A stretch of 64,000 bases of DNA, from NCBI GenBank assembly GCA_020348445.1, contig CP070751.1:4353723-4417722 (forward strand), written 5' to 3'. Positions 42,779 to 51,800 of this stretch are shown here, piece by piece. Numbering within the stretch: the stretch's first letter is position 1; every line of letters begins with the position of its first letter. The stretch is from Thermoplasmata archaeon. GTDB taxonomy: Archaea; Thermoplasmatota; Thermoplasmata; GCA-020350865. The position numbers and the translations under genes were made by a program. The notes under the pieces are model-generated. The model was not told where the DNA came from and did no database searches. It was given only the letters and a program-made list of their open reading frames with translations.

Positions 42779-44146
42779 TTGAAAAAGACTATTTTTGACG
42801 ATTCCACCCTACAAACCACGATTGAGGGCTTTTTAACCCCTAAATGCCCCCAAACAGGGGTGAAGTATATATACCCTATACCCCATATGGGTATTGAGAA
42901 GGGGCAAAGTGACCCCAAAAGAGGTGGAAAATATGGAGATAAGGTTGGAAAAAGTAAAGGTAGTAGAAGAAAAGAAAATCAGTTCAGACGGGAGAATATA
43001 CGGCTTGAGCGACTTTGCAGGTTATACCGCAAAGGTGTGCATCATAGAAGGGAGCAAAAAGAAGTAAGAAAAACCTTTCAAAGTGACCTAAGGGGTGTTT
43101 GTGGCACCCCAAAGGTCGGGAGGCTTGATAATATGGTATCAAACCCCAAAGAAGATATGGAAAAAGAACCTAATAAAACCTTTGGAAAAGGTGTGAAGTG
43201 TAAGTTTTGTGGAAAGACAAATACAATAAAAAAGGGAAAAAGAAATGGTGTCCAGAGATTTATGTGCAAGGATTGTGGGAAGTATTTTTTAGATAATGGA
43301 AATTTCCCAAGGATGCATGTGGATAAAGATGTAATCAGATTTGCTTTGGATACATATTTTGAGGGATTATCTGTAAGAAAAGTTGCCAGACAAATAAAGA
43401 AGATATGGAATATAGATGTAAATCCTTCAACCATTTATCGATGGATAAGAAAATATGTTCCAATGATAAATGATTACCTTAAGAAATTCCATCCCTATGC
43501 ATGGCAACATGATTGGCATAATGATGAGACTATGATCCCTGTGGGTGGGGAGAAAGTCTATTTCTGGGATTTAATTGATAGGGATACAAAATTTCTATTA
43601 TCAGGCTTTGTGAGTGGGAGAGAAAGGAATGTAAAACAAGCTAGAAGGATGTATAAAGAGGCAAGAGATTTGGCTGATGGTTTACCTGATGCAGTTTACT
43701 GTGATAGAAATCCAACCTATGAGAGGGCATTTCATAGTGTCTTTAAAAAAAGAGATATTGGATTCCACAATAAGATAGGAATAAGGAGCAAAGAGAATAC
43801 AAATAATGCAATTGAGAGATTTCATTCTACTCTTAAGGATAGGCTTAAACCAATGAGAGGGATGCAAAATCCTCATGCAGTTTTGGATGGCTTTAGAATC
43901 CATTACAACTATCTTAGGGTGCATCAATCATTAGATGGTCAGACACCTGCACAAGCCTCTGGGATTGATTTACCCTTTGAAGATGGATGGGGTGATTTAA
44001 TAGATTGGGCTACTTATAATCAAAATGGAAATATCATTAAATCAAAGCCAAGAAAGGGATGGGAACATAAATTCTGCTCTGAAAGACAATGGAGAATTAA
44101 GAAAGAAAAAGAGATAGATTCATTTATTTCCACAATAAGGGCATAG
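42779..44146 (+). mobile_element. IS6/IS240-like DDE transposase with an N-terminal zinc ribbon (recognisable part begins ~43157)
   Basis: CKFCG..KKGKRNGVQRFMCKDCG, HTH, WHNDETMI..FWDLID, CDRNPTY, NNAIERFHSTLK, HYNYLRVHQSLDGQTPAQ. Terminal inverted repeats were not recognised. Confidence 0.8.
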
Positions 44147-44503
44147 ATTACTATCAATCGGGATTTGTTTTTTACAGTTATTACATTGTCTACTTTGAGG
44201 TTGTTGTTGGAGATGTTCTAATATCTGTTTAGATAGTTTTTGTTGTTGAGATTGAGATTTACCGATAACAATTAAGGCAAAGCCTATAACCAAAAAAAAT
44301 ACTCCACCTGATACGCAGTTTGTATAATCATCAGTATAATCATCAGTAGGCCTATTAGTGACTGCTTCACTGGTTTCTTCATTTTCCTTTTCTAAACTTT
44401 TACTTATTTCTCCAACTATTGCTATGCTTAAAAACACTATACCTATCACTACGCAAATTATTCCTAGCAATATTGACGGTTTAGTTTTAATTTCACCCAA
44501 CAT
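44120..44503 (-). CDS. Two-TM membrane protein with a C-terminal zinc ribbon
   Basis: Two hydrophobic helices and CNNCKKQIPIDSNLCPYC. Confidence 0.7.
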   Translation of the reverse strand: MLGEIKTKPSILLGIICVVIGIVFLSIAIVGEISKSLEKENEETSEAVTNRPTDDYTDDYTNCVSGGVFFLVIGFALIVIGKSQSQQQKLSKQILEHLQQQPQSRQCNNCKKQIPIDSNLCPYCGNK

Positions 44504-44671
44504 ATAACATTCCCCTCACATGATGATAATAATCTGTTGGGTATTTAATAATAGTTGTTATTATGGGTGCCTTCCCGCAACAGTATCATCAACCATAAAA
44601 TATTTATATAAAGAACTTCCTTTTAATAATAGTCGGAAAACTCGATAGGTGAATGCGAAAAGGGAGGCTTA

Positions 44672-44995
44672 ATTATTTCAATAAGAAATAATAAAAAGAT
44701 TATAACAATAGAAGATTTAATTTTTTTACACCTTTTAAATAATTATCAGAACCAAGATGAATATTATGTTTCGGAATTATTAACAGAAGAAGGCATTCAA
44801 CATGTGATAAATTGTAGTCTTTGCTATATCTCCCGAATATTAAAGAAAATTGAGGAAGAAGGATATGTATATCGAAGATTAATGAGAATCGAGAATAAGA
44901 AACGAAAACATAATGCATTTTTTTTAACTGACAAAGGATTTAAGCTTGCAGAGAAAATAAGAGAAAAAAATTCGGATCGAATTGAAAAGATATAA
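44672..44995 (+). CDS. Stand-alone winged-HTH protein; start uncertain (possibly ATT)
   Basis: The frame is open from 44633 without ATG: ITIEDLIFLHLL..LTEEGIQHVINCSLCYISRILKKIEEEGYV..RKHNAFFLTDKGFKLA. GGGAGG at 44662-44667 precedes ATT codons at 44672 and 44675. Confidence 0.55.
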   Translation: MISIRNNKKIITIEDLIFLHLLNNYQNQDEYYVSELLTEEGIQHVINCSLCYISRILKKIEEEGYVYRRLMRIENKKRKHNAFFLTDKGFKLAEKIREKNSDRIEKI

Positions 44996-45309
44996 CAACA
45001 ATCTAGTAAAAAATAAGTATAAAAATAATTTATGCATAATTAAAATTCTAATGAATTTTATAGTTAAATTTAACTCAAAATTAACTTAAATTTAACAACT
45101 AGGTATATTAAGATTAAATGTGATTCAAATATTATAATATATAGTTTGAAGGGGGGTGATAGAAGACTAAAGAAAAAAGTATGGGAACCAGATTTTCTAT
45201 TTAGTGATTTCTTTGCTATAATTTTTATAGCAACGCAACCGATTGACAGTTTTCGAAAGCATTGGCAAGGAAAAAATCTAGCATTAAAAATTAATAAGGA
45301 GGAAAATAA

Positions 45310-47172
45310 ATGAAAAATGAAATAAAAAGAAAAGCGATAGGAAGAATATTTGCGATTATTTTTGTTGGGATATTTATGGTACCTGCACTTGCTCCTTCTG
45401 TTGTTGGTGATCCATGTGATGTTTGGGAAAGAGATGCTCAAAATGAAATATCCCCTAAGGTTTTGACTGATGAGGTTGGTATAGGGACAGCAGATCCAGG
45501 TGCTATGTTACATGTAGTGGGTGATGTAAAAATCGATTCAGGCGATTTAAATGTTGACTCAGGAACCTTTTTTGTAGATGAATCTGGAAATAAAGTTGGT
45601 ATAGGGACAACTAACCCTGCAGCTTCTTTAGAGGTTGCGGGAAGTGCACATCAAATCATGTTATCAGACAGTGGAGACAACTATAATGAAAGAGCATCTT
45701 TTGGCCATGTTGACGGAGCCAATGGTGGTGGTTACCTAAGATTATTTAATAACCAGGAAATTCAAAATGTCGGTATAAGGTCTTACGGAGATAGCTTCTT
45801 TAATGGTGGCAATGTTGGAATCGGAACAGTGAATCCAGGTGCATTATTAGATTTATCGTCAAATGGAAATACAAAACTAAGATTTACAGATACCGTTGTT
45901 AGCACATATTATATAAAACACGATGGTGGTGGCGATAGTCTTTCAATTGGTCGTTTAACAGGTGGAGCTGCTATCGAGAGTGATTATCTTACTATAGATA
46001 ATGGCAATGTCGGTATTGGAACTGCGGACCCCCAGAGATTGCTACACTTATCACTGGATGGTTCCCCTGAAATTGCTATCGAAAACTCATGTGCAGCTAC
46101 AGACAACAAGGTTTGGAGAATCAGAGGCTCAAGTGGAACAATATCCAATCTTCATTTTGAGACAGTTAATGACGCTTTCTCGTCTGCAACAAATGTTATG
46201 ACATTATTAAGAACTGGCAATGTCGGTATCGGAACGCCGGATCCAGGAGATAAACTTGAAGTACGGGGCTCTATTAGGCTAGACAGTGATTCTTCTGATG
46301 GCCCTAATGTAATGCTATATGATAATACTGAGACGCCTTGGGAAATAGATAACTACAATGGACGATTACGTTTCTACCGCCCTGGTGAAGAGAAGATGAC
46401 CATCAATTCTGATGGCAATATCGGCATAGGAACTTCAACTACCCCAGCTAACTTAAACATATTCGACGATACATATCCTTGGATGAATTTCGTGAATACC
46501 GCCTCAGGAGGAACATCAAGTGATGGAGTAGGATTAGGTATGACTAATATTAGGGACGGTTTTATCTCAAACGGTGAGGAAGGAAAAAGTTTGTTATTTC
46601 AGACAAAGAATGCAGAGGGCGTTAGTTCTGTTAAACTAGAAATAGAGGGTGATGGTGATGTCGGAATCGGGAGACAGAATCCTGTGGCAAAACTGGAGGT
46701 TGCGGGAGAAAATCATCAAATCATGCTATCAGACAGTGGAGACTTCTACAATGAAAGAGCATCTATTGGCCATCTTAACGACCATGGTGGTTATCTAAGA
46801 TTATTTAAAGATGATGAAACCCAAACTGTCGGTATAAGGTCTTACGGAGATAGCTTCTTTAATGGTGGTAACGTCGGCATTGGGACCACAGACCCTGGTT
46901 CAGCTAAGTTAGCTGTGATGGGCGGCAATGTCGGCATTGGTACAACACAACCAGATACAGATTTACATCTCGGTGGTGATGGTATTCTCACATTTAAGGC
47001 CATGTGGGATATGCCATCAGGAGATCCAAGTGATGATACTTGTTGGTTGTATGTTGACATGGATCGTGATCCTTTAGATCAAGGAACTTATTATAGATTA
47101 ATCTTTGAATGCCCTGGTCCTAGCGAATTTAATAGAATTGTCGTTAAACAAATATATCGTATAGACGATTAA
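45310..47172 (+). CDS. Secreted GxVGIGT-repeat (tail-fibre/trimeric beta-helix-like) protein
   Basis: Signal peptide (KRKAIGRIFAIIFVGIFMVPALA); nine xxVGIG[T/R] motifs; internal duplication 45631-45827 vs 46696-46886 with a 42-nt exact core. Confidence 0.7.
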   Translation: MKNEIKRKAIGRIFAIIFVGIFMVPALAPSVVGDPCDVWERDAQNEISPKVLTDEVGIGTADPGAMLHVVGDVKIDSGDLNVDSGTFFVDESGNKVGIGTTNPAASLEVAGSAHQIMLSDSGDNYNERASFGHVDGANGGGYLRLFNNQEIQNVGIRSYGDSFFNGGNVGIGTVNPGALLDLSSNGNTKLRFTDTVVSTYYIKHDGGGDSLSIGRLTGGAAIESDYLTIDNGNVGIGTADPQRLLHLSLDGSPEIAIENSCAATDNKVWRIRGSSGTISNLHFETVNDAFSSATNVMTLLRTGNVGIGTPDPGDKLEVRGSIRLDSDSSDGPNVMLYDNTETPWEIDNYNGRLRFYRPGEEKMTINSDGNIGIGTSTTPANLNIFDDTYPWMNFVNTASGGTSSDGVGLGMTNIRDGFISNGEEGKSLLFQTKNAEGVSSVKLEIEGDGDVGIGRQNPVAKLEVAGENHQIMLSDSGDFYNERASIGHLNDHGGYLRLFKDDETQTVGIRSYGDSFFNGGNVGIGTTDPGSAKLAVMGGNVGIGTTQPDTDLHLGGDGILTFKAMWDMPSGDPSDDTCWLYVDMDRDPLDQGTYYRLIFECPGPSEFNRIVVKQIYRIDD

Positions 47173-47480
47173 ATTTATAATATAAAAAAAGATGTCTTTT
47201 AAAATAGTATAAACTTAATTAATAAAATAGCTGATTTTATTCTTTTTTCTTTTTATTTTAAATGGTGGGCGAGATATATTTACCTTACATTGAATTCATC
47301 TTCTATCTTTCAAATCCTGGAAATCATGTAATTACCCCTATTGCATGGTGGTTGATATAATTGGCAAAGGGTATATAAGCTTGGAAGCTATTTTAGCTAT
47401 TTAGAAGAAGTCAAAGCCGGAGTTTGAAGAGGTAAAATGTATATTAATAAATGGATATTATTGAAAGGGGGTGATCTAAA

Positions 47481-47642
47481 ATGAAAATTAAAAATATTTT
47501 AAAAATAATTATTGAATTATTTATAATCTTCATCATAATACTGTTATTTGCCATTTTTCCTTCTCCACCATGTTTCTGGGTTATTATTGGTATGATAGGG
47601 GCTATGATATTTTATATGATGCATAAAGAAAGGGATAGATAA
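47481..47642 (+). CDS. Small (53 aa) two-TM membrane protein, below the ORF-track cutoff
   Basis: Manual translation MKIKNILKIIIELFIIFIIILLFAIFPSPPCFWVIIGMIGAMIFYMMHKERDR; GGGGTGA RBS at ~47467-47474. Confidence 0.55.
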   Translation: MKIKNILKIIIELFIIFIIILLFAIFPSPPCFWVIIGMIGAMIFYMMHKERDR

Positions 47643-47895
47643 ATACAAAAGATAGGATAGATCGCTAATACTCGGGTTTTTAGAGGTTTTTGATTGAAAT
47701 AAACGGGAAACGAAACATTAGTCAATAGCATTACTACTGTTCATTTAACCTATTATTATGATTTGTTAACGATGAACAATTCATACACTGTTCAACTAAC
47801 CACGAGAGGATATGCTACACATCAATTAAGTTACTGCTCATCTAATTACCAGAAAGCGTTATAGAGATTAAAAATGAAGGATTATAGATTTAAAT

Positions 47896-48750
47896 TTAAA
47901 TAACATCTACTTTTTGTCCACAAATCTTGCAATAGGGAGTATCCACAGGTTTTCCACAATATCCACAATAACTTGGAGTAACTTCTTTAGCGATTTCAGG
48001 TTCCTCTTGTCTTTCCTCTAAAATCTTGTGCTCTTTAAGTTCGGTTTCTTTTAGTTTCCGAGAGTCAGACCTCTCGGAGGATGTATTTTTCAATACTTCT
48101 GGCCTTACCTTTTTTACCTTGCGTTTCCTGATCTTTTTAGAGGGACCTTTAGTGGTCGCTTGCTTGTATTTTCGGATTTTAAATGAGAGAGCAATAAGAA
48201 GAACAACGAGAATTATCACCAAAACAAGTAGAATATATAGAGAAATGGAAGTATCCTCAGAAGAAGTTTTAACAAATTCCTTCGTATAGGTTCTTATTTC
48301 ATAAACAACATTTACCTCAACACTTCGATTATTGTAATTTACCATAACAAGTTTATATAGATCATGTTCTTTCAAAGTTACGATATTTTTCGTATATATG
48401 ACTTCTCGCTCGGACCCATCTATATAATATAAAAACTGCTCAGCTCCGCTTGAAAACAACAAATAATTATCCTCATTCATAAACCAGACATTGATGGGAA
48501 TGCCTTGTTTCACGAGCAATGTGAATACGATCTCGATTTGTTCCCCTTCTTGAAAATTGAAATCGATGAATTGGTAACTATATTCCGCGATGGTTATATT
48601 TTCATCAAATTTGTCCACATCATATTCTTGATGGTCAGATGCAGCTGTTGATAGAAAAGGTTTTGGCTCTAATGGAAGAAGAGTGGTTAAAAAAAAGATA
48701 AAAAGAGCCAAACATACTATAACTCCCCCACGGTATCTGTTTTTCTTCAT
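47896..48750 (-). CDS. Membrane protein: signal anchor, extracellular beta domain, TM, cytoplasmic zinc ribbon
   Basis: N-terminal hydrophobic helix, second TM (LYILLVLVIILVVLLIALSF), basic tail and CGYCGKPVDTPYCKIC. Confidence 0.7.
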   Translation of the reverse strand: MKKNRYRGGVIVCLALFIFFLTTLLPLEPKPFLSTAASDHQEYDVDKFDENITIAEYSYQFIDFNFQEGEQIEIVFTLLVKQGIPINVWFMNEDNYLLFSSGAEQFLYYIDGSEREVIYTKNIVTLKEHDLYKLVMVNYNNRSVEVNVVYEIRTYTKEFVKTSSEDTSISLYILLVLVIILVVLLIALSFKIRKYKQATTKGPSKKIRKRKVKKVRPEVLKNTSSERSDSRKLKETELKEHKILEERQEEPEIAKEVTPSYCGYCGKPVDTPYCKICGQKVDVI

Positions 48751-48878
48751 AAAGGTCCCCCATATGTAATCTACTTATAATACAGAAAATTTTCGTCAGA
48801 AGGCTTGTTTTTTTTGATAAAAAGAATATGACAAGTTACCTTACAGACTTTTTTCCGCGATTCCTACGCAACTAAATC

Positions 48879-51800
48879 TTACAATCCAATTTCCAAGGTT
48901 GTTACTGTTACAGCACCATCATCATCCTCTACAACCAGAGTAATCGTGTAAGTTCCAGCTGTAGTATATGCATGCACACAAGTATCAGTAACATTCATTG
49001 GATTGATGTCCGGACTCGGATATGGATCAGGACTTACTCCGTTGTTGTAGTAGGTGGTCGGTCCTGCAGTTGCACCATCACCAAAGTCCCAGGTAAAGGT
49101 TAAGTCATCACTACCAGGATCAGTGGCAATTCCCTCGAGGGTAATGTTATGTCCCAATAGATGAGGATTAAGCTCCACCTCCCAGGGGTCGATATGGTTC
49201 CAGTGGTCGCTGTTCCAGTAGGACTTCCGGACGTTGAATGTATGATGTAAGCGTTTTGAGTCTCCGTCCTCAAAGCCTATGTCCACCCATACAGGATTTG
49301 CGCCCCAGACGTTGCCGTTCACCCTTGGATCGTTGGGAAGATAATCTATCAGGACAGTATAGGTTTTTGTTACGTCTATCCTTGCGCCAACAATGGTTCC
49401 AGTTTGCTCGTCAGGATTTCCGGGACGCCTTGTGATCATTGCAGCTAAAATATCTTTTCCGTCCTCAAGAAGATGGATTCCCACAGAATGATATTTCTCC
49501 CCCGCTATCCTGAGAGTGAGGTCCACATACATGAAGGCCTCGATCTTTACAGTTGGAGCAACGTTTCTAACAATGACATTAATTATTATGGATATTTCTC
49601 CACCGTCGTCATCCACTACTGTCAAAAGCACATCGAAATTCCCGTTGTCCCCGTATGTATGGGTTGCTGAATCCACAATATCCATTGGATTGATCTCTGG
49701 GCTCGGATAAGGATCAGGGGATGCACCGTTATTGTAATAGATAGTATTTGTGTCAGATGCTCCATATCCCCAATTCCAGGTAAAAGTCAGATCATCGCTC
49801 CCTGGGTCTGTTGAATGACCCTCAAGTGTTATGGGCGAGCCCTCATCAACTACTTTGATACTTCTATCCACAGAAAGGGAAGGTGCGACATTGTAAACCG
49901 TGACGTTCGTGGTTACTACCATGACTCCATTGTCATCATCTTCCACTGTTAGTGTCACTGTGAATACACCGTTGTCACCGTAGGTATGTGTCACGACATC
50001 AGTGATGTCCCTGGGATTGATTTCTGGGCTTGGATAAGGATCAGGAGAAACACCATTGTTGTAATAGATTGTAATTGTGTCAGATGTTCCATCGCCCCAG
50101 CTCCAGGTAAATGTGAGATCGTCGCTACCAGGATCTGTTGCATGCCCAGAAAGGGATACAGCCAGGTTCTCATCTGTCTCGTAGGGTAGCAAGTGATCTA
50201 TTGTTGGTGCGACGTTGTTTACAGTCACGGTTGTAGTTCTTTGGGTGACTCCATTATCATCATCTTCTACAGTTAAAGTGACTGTGAAGACACCGTTATC
50301 ACCATATGTATGGCTTACAGTATCGGTTACAGTAATAGGATTGATTTCAGGGCTGGGATATGGATCAGGGGAAATACCATTGTTGTAGTATATCGTGATT
50401 GTATCCGAGGTTCCATCTCCCCAATCCCATGTGAATGTCAGATCATCGCTGCCTGGATCTGAAGCAGTCCCAGAAAGTGTCACTCCGACGTTTTCATCTG
50501 TTTCGTAAGTTGAAAGTGGGTCGATTTCAGGAGCGACATTATGGACCGTGATATCTATTGTTATCACAGTGATGTCACCGTCGTCATCCTTTACTGTCAG
50601 AGTGACTGTGAACACTCCATTGTCTCCATATGTATGACTAACAAAGTCTGTGATATTCATGGGATTGATATCTGGGCTTAAAGGCGGATCAGGTGAAACA
50701 CCGTTGTTGTAATAGACAGTCACAGTATCTGAAGTTCCATCCCCCCAGTCCCACGTGAACGTCAGATCATCACTGCCTGGGTCGTATGCAGTTGCCGAAA
50801 GAGATACAGCCTGATTTTCGTCTGTCTCTTCATCGTCCACGGGCTCGATTTGGGGAGCAACGTTATTCACTGTGATATTTGTAGTTACCACAGTGGTTCC
50901 ATTATCATCGTCCTTAACAGTTAAAGTCACAATAAATACTCCGTTGTCTCCATAGGTATGTGTCTGCGAATCAATAACATCCATGGGATTGACATCAGGG
51001 CTTGGATAGGGATCAGGAGAAACTCCGTTGTTGTAGTATATTATGACAGTATCGGAAGTTCCGTCACCCCAATTCCATGTGAAAGTGAGATCATCGCTTC
51101 CTGGGTCTGTGACATGTCCATTCAATGTTATGGGGGTATTTTCGTCTACAACATGATTGTTTAGGGAAACAATTGAAGGAGCTACATTGTTCACCATCAC
51201 CAAAAAGACATCGGAACCAGAATCACCGTCGTCGTCTGTAACAGTGACTGTGACAATGAATACTCCATCGTCTCCATAAACGTGATCTCCTGAAACTGTA
51301 CCACTTCCATTGATTTCATTTACAACACCGGTATCAGAAGTCCCATCGCCCCAAGCTATGGTGGCAATGTGAGTGTCCAGCCAGCCGGGATCAAAGAAGG
51401 GGCAGGAAATGGATACTGTGTCGCCTTCATATACAGTCCGGTTCTGTCCTGCATCAATTGTGGGTGGCACATTGAGTATTGTGACGTTGTAGGAAATTGA
51501 ATCGGTGGAGCCATCGTCATCTGTTACAGTTAAAGTCACCAGATATACATCGTTATCTCCGTAGATATGGATTGGATCAGTCAGTGTGCTTGAACCACCG
51601 TCTCCAAAGTCCCACATCCAGCCTACAATGAGGTCTGGATAGGATGTGGAATTGTCAGTGAATTGGACAGGTGAGCCCTCGGACTGCGGCTCTGGAGACC
51701 ACTGGAAATTGGCAGTGGGTGCCAAATCGCGGATCGTGACATTGTGGGACTTGGAATGTGTAGAGCCGTCATCATCTGTCACAGTAAGGGTCACGACGTA

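Noticed and set aside
40600-47900. Intact provirus or integrative element
   Set aside because: No integrase, capsid, packaging ATPase, replication gene or att repeats recognised.
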